In this document: positions 1 through 17,970 of the stretch, one piece after another
How positions within the stretch are numbered: the first letter of the stretch is position 1
Layout of the letters: each line of letters begins with the position of its first letter
Source: Antedon mediterranea
Lineage: Eukaryota > Animalia > Echinodermata
DNA: 64,000 nt
Assembly: GCF_964355755.1 (NCBI RefSeq)
Contig: NC_092678.1
Span: forward strand, 20,477,365-20,541,364
Reading direction: 5' to 3'
Notes under the pieces: model-generated
The model's input: the letters and a program-made list of their open reading frames with translations, nothing else
Told to the model about the DNA's origin: nothing
Databases searched by the model: none
Translations under genes and position numbers: made by a program

Positions 1-406
1 TTTGTTACGAATAATTTAATAATACTTTTTTATATTTTTAATGTTTTTTATGCGTGCATTATGTATTTTTATACCGCTTTGTATAGCATTATAGTACTTT
101 TATATTTGAATTTCTTAGTTTGGATTGTCAGGCAAGCTGGCTATAATAATTGAGTTTACTTTTGACGTCCATAGCCGACGACGAAATTCTTTTCTTATCT
201 TGTATGTTATTGTATATTGTTATGGCTTAATAAATGAATGAAAAAAAAAAACCATTCATTTCAAAGGCCTAACTTAAGCTCAGGGTCAAACGGGTTGTTT
301 TCATTTTCTTGTTATTTAAAACAATTTTGTAAAAATGAAAATGAATACACAGAAATCTTCCATTTTTCAATACATAAGTATTATTAATTAATTAAAAAAT
401 ATATAC

Positions 407-1055
407 CCTTTCAATAATTTGCCCGAGTTGTTCCAAGATTGATTCAATACGTTGTTTATAGCTGTCATTTTCTTTTCTTAAATTCAGAATCATCTCCTTT
501 GCTTGTTTGAACTTTGCGTCAAACACTTCTACATTTTTTTCCTGATTAATTCTCATCACCTTTGTTTCTTCTATTCGTTTAATGAGACACAGATTTAGTT
601 TCTGTAGTTGTTCTAAAAAATAAAAGCGTTTTCATTTAAATACATTATTTTTGTTTTAAAGCCAACTACATCTACTAGTCATTCTCTTTTCTAACAGTTC
701 CTACGATTAGAGAATGTCCTTGTCATTCTCTTTTCTTATCTGATTAGATGAGATTTTGTTCCCTTCTCTAATCATTTCCAATGATTGGATGAGATTTTGT
801 TTGTGTGTGTCATCGTCATGGAGAGTTCGTCATAGGGATTTTCTTACCTTTAAGATTGGCATTTTCTTCTCTCAACATTTCCCATGATTGGATCAGATTC
901 TGTTCATCTATATTCGTGTGATGGTTCTCAGATAAGTGCTCTTCATTGATATCACCCACTAGTGGCTCCTTAGAGTAATTCAAAACAACAAAATCATTTG
1001 GAATGCTGGACAAATTTGCCTCAAACATCTGTTGATTTTCACCATCGTTATCCAT
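407..1055 (-). CDS. NEMO/optineurin (IKBKG/OPTN)-family protein, N-terminal two coding exons (1055-848, 612-407); gene continues beyond left edge
   Basis: ATG at 1055 lies in an exon with acceptor ttgtttacAG (exon starts 1067). Donor AAAG|gtaag at 848/847, phase-1 join to an exon starting 612 gives ...EQNLIQSWEMLREENANLK-E-QLQKLNLCLIKRIEETKVMRINQEKNVEVFDAKFKQAKEMILNLRKENDSYKQRIESILEQLGQIIER|gt. The pattern L.Q...L..EN..LKE.....N.....R.EE.......Q......F....K.AKE....L..EN matches the OPTN/NEMO N-terminal kinase-binding coiled coil as I recall it. Confidence 0.75.
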
Positions 1056-1765
1056 ATTTCTCTATTACTGTAAACAAAAAATTCAGTAGTATTGATAATA
1101 TATTATAATTTCATTTCAAAATGTTTTCTTAATTTATGACGTACTGTATACAATACAAACATTGGAAATAGTTATGAAAGTTAAAAAAATCAATACTGGT
1201 AAAAATGAAACATTGAAAGAAATTTATTCTCGGATGGAGCAGTGACCTCAATATTGTAAAAGAGATATAGCTATAATTAGATCATTAACTTTCTGAATAT
1301 TAATATATGCCAAATTTTAGAGTAGGCCTGTTGCAATACAGTTTCACCAAACTCTGTTTACATTTAAAAAGGTCAAAGCAGACTGACTGATTGCTTAATA
1401 ATGGTGATGATGTAATATACACAGCAGCAAATTTTGATTTTAATCTTTGGAATTAAACAAACAATACTGTAAGTTTCATATATGATTTGTCCTAAACCTA
1501 GACTACATAGGCCTAGTCGTTATTGGATTATTAAATTCTATATACAGTCTATTACTTCTTGTCCAAAAAAAAGTACCATAAGAAATGCTTATTAGAATCA
1601 ATACAACTTAATGAAATAGATACCAATTAAGTTAGCTAAGTATAAACTTATATGCCTTCTTCCTAGTACGTTTAGTAAGAATTACAATGTGTTAAATAGT
1701 CTAGGGCCTCCTAGGCCTAGCCTAGGCCTTCGGCTAGGCCTAGCTAGCCTAGCCTATATTAATCA

Positions 1766-1776
1766 GGGAATTTCCC
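1766..1776. promoter_or_regulatory. NF-kB consensus site GGGAATTTCCC
   Basis: Exact match to GGGRNWYYCC near the shared promoter, in the first intron of the NEMO/OPTN-like gene. Function untested. Confidence 0.35.
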
Positions 1777-1866
1777 GCAACAGGCACCGGTCAGTAAATC
1801 CGTGCGTCGCGTGAGGCGTAGGCCTATCCTAACTTTAAAACACTGCAAAAACTACCTACTTCTTAC

Positions 1867-2000
1867 CTGTATATTAAGCTATAAATGTAGTATTATGTTT
1901 AACATCCTTCTTTATTGCTCTCCGCTACAGAAATACGATTTGGTAATTTCTGGATTTCTAAAATACACAATTGGAAATTCCAGAATCTAATTGAGTAATC
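1867..2000 (-). other. Probable 5' non-coding exon of the NEMO/OPTN-like gene (upstream boundary approximate)
   Basis: Strong minus-strand donor ACAG|GTAAGA at 1867/1866. The downstream acceptor at 1068-1069 precedes the ATG, so an upstream exon is required. Confidence 0.45.
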
Positions 2001-2241
2001 TGTGTACGTGTGTGACGATGATTTTGATGATAATAATAATAACGTCAGGCATCAATGATTTTGCTTTTAAAAACTAAAGGTGGCGTCCTATTAGTAAACG
2101 TGTTGAGCATATCACGTGACTCTCTTTTCTGTCGGCTACTGATGGGTAGCAGAAGGTTCTGGTTTTCTTCGTAATTAGAAGTCAAAATTTAACAAAATAC
2201 AGGCATTTTCTTCATACTTTTTATAATTGGTGGTGTTAAAT
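2000..2241. promoter_or_regulatory. Bidirectional promoter region between the NEMO/OPTN-like gene and Sec61a; E-box TCACGTGA (2112-2119) followed by a polypyrimidine TCT/TOP-like start (ctctcttttct, 2120-2130)
   Basis: First exons of two divergent genes lie <400 bp apart; motifs read directly from sequence. Confidence 0.45.
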
Positions 2242-8556
<6,315 letters not shown>

Positions 8557-9573
8557 AATTGACCAATAAAAACTATTCATAAGACTATTATAATTAGGGT
8601 ATTTCCCTTATATTAATGTATGCGTACTGCATACATAATTAGGGAGTTGTTTTGTGTTGACATACTAATTAGGGGATTTCCCTATGCTATTATTTCACTC
8701 TCATTACTAACCCATTGATGTTTAGTTTTAGATGTTTCTTTTTAAATGTTTACCATCTTTTCGTTTTCACCATGTCAACTTTTCTTCGTTACCGACTCAG
8801 CTAAAAATGTTTCTGCAACATAACATGTAATATTTAAGATATTATTTCTTGCTCGGGATAATTATTTGAGATAGTAAAATTTTCATTCTAATCGGTAAAA
8901 CAAATCTTCTCTATGGAAACGTTTTGCCATGTGGCCGACGACACGCCCGTAAGGATAGCCAGTCCTCCCTCCAAAATACTGTAAACAAATCAAAATAAAT
9001 TTAATAATAATTTTACTTTAATATGCCCATTTTAGCACTACTTTACTTGTGTGTTATTCATGGCGTTGAGTAATTTTAAATATTGTTTAGTAATTAAATT
9101 CTTTTCCTTTAATTTTTTTGTTCTGTTCAAACATGAATTGACTTCCTTATTTAATAAATAATTTATTTGTTATGTTATTGTAAAATGTGCTACTTAAAAA
9201 AAAAAATTATCCCTACGCATATTTCTACCAATACTTATACGATCGCCATTTATATTCATGCGTTTATAAATTAAATTAAAAGAACAGAAAATGTTATATT
9301 TTTTGTGGAGTTGTTGGATATGAAAGTGATTTTAAAGAAAAAACAGGAATTAATGTTATGCTTTATACTATCTTCTTGCAAAATTAAATACAGTGTAAAA
9401 ACTATAAGAATAATAGGTGGTCTGCTACTGAAGGTTGAGCCATCTAGTTAATTTCACGACAGTAATATATAGTAGTACTGTAAATGCTGTATGTATCAAC
9501 AATTTATGGTTACAAAAGTCATGTTTGGAAATAAACTGATAACAAAGTTTTGAAATATGTTTTATGTTTATTC

Positions 9574-9823
9574 GTCCATATATGGACATGATAATGTCAT
9601 CACTACCATATGTGACAATATTGCTACCATATTTGGACATATCACACTTTTTTGTCACATAAGGTCTGTCTACACTTTCAAACTTTGTGTGACAACAAAA
9701 TGTGATGTGCTCGTATATGGACATGATGTCATATCACTAACCATATTTGACAATATCGCTACCATATTTGGGCATATCACACTTTTATTTTCAAACTCGA
9801 TTGCTAGTGCAACAGACAGAGCT
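9574..9823. mobile_element. MITE family A: full copy 9663-9823 (TAA TSD) abutting a partial copy 9574-9662
   Basis: TAA|GGTCTGTCTACACTTTCAAACT...CAGACAGAGCT|TAA; the preceding 90 bp repeat the internal core. Confidence 0.7.
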
Positions 9824-11171
9824 TAAAGAATTGTGTCGATATTTATTTTGTGCTTAAATTTCCATTTTTTTATTTTGAGGCGCAATTTATTTATTTCAAC
9901 AATATTTTACAGGGTAAAGCCGAAGCTAATCAATAGGGGGACCCTCACAAAAATACAATATGACAAGACAAAAACAACACAATTAAACAATTAAAATAAA
10001 GCAACACAATAATAAACAACAACATCCCATGAAAAAAATGATTAAACAAGAAATATTTCTTACAAAAAACGCTGATCGACATTTTAAAATTAATCATTGT
10101 TCTTTCTTCAGATAAATTTATTAAAAAGATGTCCCTTAATCCCAAAAATACATACATATCAAAGATAGTTCTTTAATTAAGAATCACATGCCCATTTAAA
10201 TATGGTCAATTTTGAACTTTAATGTGCTGCGTTTGTGACCTAAAGGCATGCAACTGAATACCCTCTAGAGACATTGTGATTTCAAGCAAAGAGTAATATA
10301 TATTCTTTGCTTTAAGTGAGAAAATTCTTTCCAGTCTGTCAACCAATCAAAGAGAATCCAAAATCGTTCAACCATAAACTCTCTTTTCCCATAGTTCAGC
10401 AGCTGGGATCTATAAATTATAGTTGAGTTTACAAATTAGCTAAAACGTCAGCCTCTAGTACTATAACTGCTGCTTGCTTTCAGCTTATAAATGAGTCATC
10501 TCTTGTGACGTAGCGGACTAGAGCAGCAGCGTGAAAAAAAATTGTGTATGTATTTAATAACTAAAACCTGTTTGATAGTTGGACGATGCTTAGCTAGTGC
10601 GGTTTCACCTTTTTCTATTAATATTCCTACGCCCCCCCCCCCCCCCCCCACTCCTCTTCCTTACAACACGACATGTGTCTTCACCCTATATTTCTGAATG
10701 TACCAGACGGCTATTCTGGGTTATGTTTATCCGTATCCATTAAAAAAAAAATGATTTCAAAATTAATATTTACTAGAAATGTTTGAGAACACTGCCTATT
10801 TCTCATGAGAATATGCTAAAAAGTCGCTGGTTAAACAGAATGTTACAATCCTTCTTCAATGAATATACACAAATATTGATTGATTTCGTCTATAATAATC
10901 ATTATTACCCTAGTAACACGGGATTTCCCCCATACCCATTGTGGAAGAACACTTACATATTCATAATGTTGTAATACATTTGAATTCTTTTGTTTTTATA
11001 ATGTTATTATTCAATTAACTTTATTGATTTTGGATAAAAACAATTATATTATAGGGTTTCTGTTTTTACGATACCTTAGACTGACATCGTTGTAGTAGAT
11101 TCAACACTTATAGTATGCGGCAAAATGATCTGTATATAAAATTAATTTTAACTCAATTTCTGTATTCCATC

Positions 11172-11405
11172 ATGCCTTGGAATTGTATCATTTGTATGAA
11201 TGATATAATTCTAGGCTTCTGGTAGTGCTCTGACTGCACATGTGCAGCTCACTTGGAGTGTATACTGAAATGGTATACCGAAAAGCGTAGTTGTCCACAA
11301 TGCAGACGACGTCACCGACGACGTGGACGTCCTCCCCGCCGAGCTCTAAGAGCTCCCCAACGAGCTTCTCCTCACTGGGTTGTAGAATTTGATTTCTATA
11401 CCTAG
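11172..11405 (+). pseudogene. Micro-RING (C4HC3) gene copy 1, single premature TAG at 11223-11225
   Basis: MPWNCIICMNDIILGFW*CSDCTCAAHLECILKWYTEKRSCPQCRRRHRRRGRPPRRALRAPQRASPHWVVEFDFYT*; GAG->TAG relative to the 15936 copy. Confidence 0.85.
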
Positions 11406-12698
11406 TAAATTAAAAATCCATTTTTTTTTAAAATGGATTTGAAAATTAACAAATATTAGAAATTTCCGAGAGCACTGCCCTATTAGAGTATTACTATGAG
11501 AACATGCTAATATATTCGCGCCATTTAGACAGGACGATTTTGTGAATAAAACAAAATAACCGGTACAGCATGTTACAATCTTTCTTCCATATTGACTTTG
11601 ATTTTATTGATACTATTTCAGCATTTTATATTCTACTTTGGCTATTCCCAAAATGGTATGGAAACGTCACAGCAATAAACACATTTTTACGAGAGGTTCA
11701 ACTGTAGTTATAATGTTAAACAAGACAACCAATGCTATGTAATCTTTCAGTCATATTTAGTTATTGTTTTCGAAAAGCACGTTTGGCTTATTGATGTACC
11801 CTCTTTATTGCCCTTTGTATTAGGCCTACTTGTTTTGTAATACAATTTTTGTCATAACTAAAAGTGAGTTCCATCACTTCTCCCCACTTCATACCACATA
11901 AGTCTTCATCTTATGTTCGCATGCATGTACCGAGAATAAGGCCTACCTCAAATTGTGCATTATTAGAGGATTAAACTCCATGTTCTCATGTTTCGGTTTG
12001 AAAACCATGCATAGAGCCTACCTTTGACAGTGTCCTTATTTATTTGACATTTCTCCTTTTGGAACACAGTGGTTAACCCGCACAAACTGCTGTGGGGTGG
12101 TAATTATACAAAACAGTTTAGTATTAGAAGTGTTTTTCTTCTACGCCTAGACGATTTTCCATATGCCCTTTTATAGGGGAATGCGCTTGTAGCCTTTTCA
12201 TAATGTAGTACTCTATTTTACACTATTACACAAAACATTTAAAAGAACGTGTAAAATGACGTTTGCCAGATAAGTAACATATTTGAAAATTGCAAAACAA
12301 TACAGAGTTTTTTTTTTATTAAGCGCGGAACATTTTCTTATGCAGGGCCGCATCTCTGAATGTCGCTCTATTTTTATCGTTTTGAATAATCAATTGTCCA
12401 CATAAATGTAATGGAATTCAATATGGTAGACGCGATGTTTTAAGGTTGTTTATGTAAACACAGCAATCCATGTAAAACCAAAGAAATACACCAGTGTGTG
12501 TTAAATCATATATAATTATCCAATTATGGACAAACAACAGCGCCCTCTAGTCCCTATTATGGACAGAAAGTAACCAATTGTGGACAGATTTCACCAACCC
12601 TATTTGCAAAAATATCAGATTATTATTTCGTATTGTTCTCTATACCCATGCACAATTAATGTCTGAATATTCTGATTGTTCTCACGGTATTTTCTTCC

Positions 12699-12908
12699 AT
12701 GCCATATATAGGAGACTTTTTGCATATTCATAATGTTTTACTAAATTGTAATAATTGTGTTTATGTAGTATGTTTTTATTTAATTATCTTTACTGGTTTT
12801 CCAAACAATTTTTTATATTATAGAGTTTCTGTTTTTAAGAGATTTTTGACTGAAACTGTAGGATTTTGTTTAACACTTATAGTATGCGGTAAAATGATCT
12901 GTATATAA
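12699..12908 (+). CDS. Hypothetical 69-aa hydrophobic ORF immediately upstream of a micro-RING copy (homologs degraded in other units)
   Basis: MPYIGDFLHIHNV...RVSVFKRFLTETVGFCLTLIVCGKMICI*. The same frame is recognisable upstream of the other RING copies but with stops or frameshifts. Confidence 0.3.
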   Translation: MPYIGDFLHIHNVLLNCNNCVYVVCFYLIIFTGFPNNFLYYRVSVFKRFLTETVGFCLTLIVCGKMICI

Positions 12909-12940
12909 CATTTATTTTAACTCAAATTCTGTATTCCACC

Positions 12941-13024
12941 ATGGCTAGGAATTGTATCATTTGTTTAAGTGATATAAGTCTGGGCTTCTGGAAGTGCTCT
13001 GTCTGCACTTGTGCAGCTCACTTG
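12941..13024 (+). pseudogene. Micro-RING copy 2, 3'-truncated
   Basis: CCACCATGG start; MARNCIICLSDISLGFWKCSVCTCAAHL, then homology stops abruptly. Confidence 0.8.
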
Positions 13025-13743
13025 CAATATGACTCATTGTTCTTATATTAATTATACATTGTTTCTTAATTCTTAACATTCCCTTAAATTGTAGAATGTT
13101 CCTATAGATACTATCCTACTGTGATTAAGGAATGAGTCATTTATTACACTAATAATCACTTATTACGTTAATAATCAAAATATGGATCGTTTTCAGTTGA
13201 AGATTGTAGGAATCCGTCAACGTTATTCCTTTTTTAGGCCTACTTTTTATTCCGTGCCAATGCACACAAAATAAAATGTCGCAAGTCATCTATATATAAA
13301 TTTACGTAAAGGCAAAATTCGGTAAATCGCGCCTTACTTCTAGAATTTTTACTCGATGGTATATAAAGTTGGTTCGTACTTTCGGTACTGATTTTAACCA
13401 ACTGATGTAACCCTGTTTACTAATTAAATTAAGTTAGATAATTAGTTATTGACGATTAAAACGAATTTAGGTTCAACGATTTGCCCCAAATAGGGGTGTT
13501 TTCCGATCGTGGTATACACTGTCTAATGGATGTCCATCTTGAAAAATACCCGCCACAAAAATGCGAGGAGGCTTCGCATTTTCCTATCTCCTCCTACGAT
13601 AATTGTTTTTAATAGCTGAAAACCGGTTGAACAGTTCGAGTACAGCATCATAATGTTGAAGACAGGCCGATTTTCTTTAAAAAATACTATTTTGATACAT
13701 TTAATATACGTTTTTACAAATGTATTGATTTGTGATGAATGGA

Positions 13744-14262
13744 ACATTCCAAATTATTTGGTTTAACCATAGAGGTTTAGATTTATGGGCCCCCTTGGAG
13801 ATTAAACATAAATAGTATTGCAATGCTGTACAATACTGTTAAGGTATTAACCACTTTTGATCGCAATTTGAATCGCAAATTTCTTACTGTGAGTGTTGGT
13901 ACTGTTAGATGTAATATAAAAATATATACAAATAAACTTTATTACTGTGAGTGTGGGTAGGCCCTACTGTTATATTGTAAACATATAATATACAAATAAA
14001 CATTCCAAATTATTTGGTTTAACCATAGAGGTATAGATTTAGATTTATGGGCCCCCTTGGAGAATAAACATAAATAGTATTGCAATGCTGTACAATACTG
14101 TTAAGGTATTAACCACTTTTGATCGCAATTTGAATCGCAAATTTCTTACTGTGAGTGTTGGTACTGTTAGATGTAATATAAAAATATATACAAATAAACT
14201 TTATTACTGTGAGTGTGGGTAGGCCCTACTGTTAGATTATAAACATATAATATACAAATAAA
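13744..14262 (+). repeat. Near-perfect ~257-bp direct tandem duplication
   Basis: acattccaaattatttggtttaaccatagagg starts at 13744 and at 14000. Confidence 0.9.
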
Positions 14263-14826
14263 TAAACGTTATTACTGACAGTTGCTTCTCAACGTTTGTA
14301 TTAATTAATAATTTAAAAATATATAAACGTCGTAGTGGTGTATCGTTACATGTACTTTACTATTTCAATCGACTATGACAGTGATAGTTTTAACAAAGTA
14401 CCGTATTAAATCGTAAATGTTTTACTGTATTTAGTGGTATATTATTTATAGGCCTATAACACATTAAAAACAATATTTCGTTACTGAGTGGATAAGAATA
14501 TATTTTAAAATGTTTCCTCTTTGTACCTATCTTCTTCCCCCATCCCTCAACTCTTAATGTTACATACAAAACACAAATTGGGTTTGTTTAAATGAGTCCA
14601 AATAAAAAAATTTGACTCATTTTGTTTCTCTCTCGGAAGTAATTCCCAGGGTGCTAATTTTGGTTGACTACATAAATCTTGTGTATATTTATTCGTTTCT
14701 GTAAACGACAATGTAATATAGTCCTGCGGTACGTACATTTGAAATCTCCATTTTTTTCTCGCTGGAAATAAATTCGAGAACCATCTGTGGGCACGACCTA
14801 GATGGTACGCGAGCGAAGCTAAAGTG

Positions 14827-14942
14827 TGCACGATGACGGCTCACTTGACGTGTATAATGCGTTGGTATACCGAAAAGCCTGCTATCCGCAATGCAGCGCC
14901 TCTTTCGTTCTTGTGTCACGCACATTCTTTCGACCCATTCTT
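14827..14942 (+). pseudogene. Micro-RING copy 3, 5'-truncated and frameshifted fragment of the 19502 subtype
   Basis: CTMTAHLTCIMRWYTEK, then a 1-nt deletion versus 19571-19688. Confidence 0.8.
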
Positions 14943-15935
14943 AGGCCTAGGCCTATATGAATAAAACGTATTTATATCCACACGTTATACATGTCACACG
15001 CATTATTTATTTTGTCTATTGTTGTGTCTCATAATGGTGTTTTAATGCCACTTTTCCCGGTCCCGAGGGTGGCCGCTTACGGGAGGTTCAACTGTAGTTA
15101 TATTTTAAACAAGACAACCAGTAATGCTCTTTCAGTCATATTTAGTTATTGTTTTCGAAAAGTACGTTTGGCTTATTGATATGCCCTTTAATATGTGTTC
15201 TGTATTAGGCCTACCTGTTTAATGTAATACAATATGTGTCATAACTAAAAGTGAGTTCTATCACTTCTCCCCACTTCATACCAAATAAGTATTCATCTCA
15301 TATACCGGAAATTAGGCCTATTTCAAATTGTGCATTATTAGAGGACTACTGTTAAGATCCATACTTTCCATATTTTGGTTGTAAATCATGCATATTATAG
15401 ACCCTACTTTTGACGGTATCTTATTTATTTGACATTTCTCCTTTTGAAGCCGCACAAACTGCTGTGGGGCGGTCATTATACAACATAGTTTAGTACTAGA
15501 AGTGTTTTTCTTCTACGCCTAGGCCTAATATAAATTATGTTTTATTGTATGTTAAACCACCAGAACGTATTTATATCCACAAGTTATACAAGTCACACGC
15601 ATTATTGATTTTGTCTATTGTTGTCTCTCATAATGGTGTTTTAATAGTATAACATTATTATTATATAGTTACATGGGGTTTTTCCCCCATGCCCTTATAG
15701 AGGAGACGACTTGCATATTCATCATAATTGTGTACAATTATTTTAATAATTGTGTTTATGATATACGTTGTTATTTAATTATCTTTAATGAATTTGGAAA
15801 TAAATAATTTTAATATAGTGTTTCTGTGTTTACGAGATTTTAGACTGAAACCGTTGTAGTAGATGTAACACTTATAGTGTGCGGAAAAATGATCTGTATA
15901 TTAAATAAATTTTAACTCAAATTCTGTATTCCACC

Positions 15936-16148
15936 ATGGCTTGCAATTGTATCATTTGCTTGAATGATATAATGCTAGGCTTCTGGGAGTGCTCTGACTG
16001 CACATGTGCAGCTCACTTGGAGTGTATACTGAAATGGTATACTAACATGCGGAGTTGTCCACAGTGCCGCCGACGTCCACGTAGACGGCGTCGGTGTTCT
16101 CGACGAGCCCTCCCTCACTGGGTCATAGAATTTGATTTCTATACTTAG
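15936..16148 (+). CDS. Intronless 70-aa stand-alone RING-variant (C4HC3) protein, putative E3 ligase, with Arg-rich tail
   Basis: C5-x2-C8-x10-C19-x2-C22-x4-H27-x2-C30-x3-W34-x6-C41-P-Q-C44-R; perfect Kozak CCACCATGG; ends HWVIEFDFYT*. Confidence 0.75.
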   Translation: MACNCIICLNDIMLGFWECSDCTCAAHLECILKWYTNMRSCPQCRRRPRRRRRCSRRALPHWVIEFDFYT

Positions 16149-16990
16149 TGTTAAAAATCCTTTAAAACTTCAATAAGGATTTTAAATGTACCTAATATTA
16201 GAAATTCACATAACTAGAGAAGAACTTTAGGAGACCTCTGTTTGTTTGTTTATTAATTCTTTTCCACACATCAATATACGTTTTACTTCAATATATTTGT
16301 GTAAAAGGGCATTCCCTAAAGTGTAGACTTTCCCGTGAAATAACGAGGCGCAAGATTATAAGATAGGAATTTACCACTGTAGGCCTATACTAGCTTCCAT
16401 TAACCGAAAACATAAATGTTGTTGTGGTGGTAAGGTGAAACATTACGGTACTTCTTTCCCCTCCTAATCTACAGCCAGTGCAATTACTTTAAAGCATTCG
16501 TGCTTTCTATATTTGGCCATAAAACAAACTTTAGTGGACCAGCGTATGTAAATCTGTAACATGCATTAGCCTCGAGGCCTAACACGCACCTACTTTCCAC
16601 CACTCCGTTCGCGAACTCCGCGCGCTGTGTAAATGGGAAAAGCCACGCGGTTTTTCGCTTACAATTACCGCTTACCGTTACCGCTCGTTTGTGTAAATTG
16701 GCCTTTAGGCCTACATGTTTAATGTAATACAATATGTGTCATAACTAAAAGTGAGTTCTATCACTTCTCCCTACTTCATACCAAATAAGTATTCATCTCA
16801 TGTACCGGAAATTAGACCTATTTCAAATTATGCATTATAAGAGGACTACTGTAGGATCCATACTTTCCATATTTTGGTTGTAAACCATGCGTTAACAGGC
16901 CCTACTTTTGACGTTGTCTTATTTATTTGACATTTTCACACAAACTGCTGTGGGGCGGTCATTATACAACATAGTTTAGTAGTAGTGTTT

Positions 16991-17103
16991 TTAGTCGCGT
17001 GGACGCGACTCTATAGTTCACTATGTCTGTCGGTCTGTCTGTCGGTCTGTCTGTCGGTCCGGTATGCATTGTAGCACGCGACTTAATGGCTGTTGGCCTT
17101 GTT
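16991..17103 (+). mobile_element. Short Helentron-associated (HINE/DINE-1-like) element
   Basis: 5' subTIR AGTCGCGTG with inverted CGCGACT, (GTCY)n microsatellite, 3' subTIR CACGCGACT, GGC..GCC stem-loop. Inserted in a T run without TSD (empty site at ~15502-15520). Confidence 0.75.
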
Positions 17104-17513
17104 CTTCTACGCCTAGGCCTAATATGTATATAAATTATGTTTTATTGTATGTTAAACCACCAGAACGTATTTATTTAGTTATACATGTCAGACGCATTAT
17201 TGATTTTTTCTATTGTGTTTGAATAGTATACTGTAATTGCTATGGTTACATGGGGTTCCACCCCCCCCCCCATGCCCTTATAGAGGAGACGACTTGCATA
17301 TTCATAAGTTTGTACCATTATTTTGTGTTGTGTTTATGATATACGTTGTTATTTAATTATCTTTAATGAATTTGGAAATAAATAATTATAATACAGTGTT
17401 TCTGTTTTTCCGAGATTTTAGACTGAAACCGTTGTAGTAGATGTAACACTTATAGTGTGCGGAAAAATGATCTGTATATTAAATAAATTTTAACTCAAAT
17501 TCTGTATTCCACC

Positions 17514-17703
17514 ATTGAATGATATATTGCTAGGCTTCTGAGAGTGCTCTGACTGCACATGTGCAGCTCACTTGGAGTGTATACTGAAATGGTATACTAA
17601 TAAGCGTAGTTGTCCACAATGCCGCCGACGTCCACGTAGACGGCGTCGGTGTTCTCGACGAGCCTTCCCTCACTGGGTCATAGAATTTGATTTCTATACC
17701 TAG
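17514..17703 (+). pseudogene. Micro-RING copy 5, start codon and first CxxC deleted, TGG->TGA
   Basis: Near-identical to 15936-16148 except for a ~23-nt 5' deletion and a nonsense change. Confidence 0.85.
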
Positions 17704-17970
17704 TGTTAAACATCCTTTAAACTTTATAAGGATTTTAAATGTACCTAATATTAGAAATTCACATACCTAGAGAAGAACTTTAGGAGACCTCTGTTCAGAG
17801 GATAGGAATTTACCACATATTTTTCCATTATTTTTGTTGCCGAAAACATAAATGTTGTTGGGGTGGTAAGGTGAAACATACGGTACTTCTTTCCCCTCCT
17901 AATCCACAGCCAGTGCAATTACTTTAAAGCATTCGTGCTTTCTATATTTGGCCATAAAACAAACTTTAGT

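Larger units (their letters stand above)
15081..17970 (+). repeat. Tandem segmental duplication, two ~1.3-1.5 kb units (about 15081-16535 and 16706-17970); related older block 11691-12150
   Basis: Shared strings: ctaaaagtgagtt(c/t)atcacttctcc, caaactgctgtgggg, cttctacgcctag, gtgctttctatatttggccataaaacaaactttagt. Confidence 0.85.

Noticed and set aside
11223-11225. Recoded stop (selenocysteine/readthrough) in micro-RING copy 1
   Set aside because: It is TAG replacing a Glu/Lys codon, and the TGA in copy 5 replaces Trp in a copy lacking its start; simple pseudogenisation explains both.
15936-16148. PHD finger interpretation of the C4HC3 motif
   Set aside because: Trp lies 4 residues after ligand 6 and the end is CPxCR as in RINGs; the PHD-type W two residues before ligand 7 is missing.
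16150-16220. Helitron 3' end (hairpin + CTAG) closing the RING cassette
   Set aside because: The hairpin is AT-rich, CTAG is ~30 nt away and not followed by T, and homology between units continues past it.
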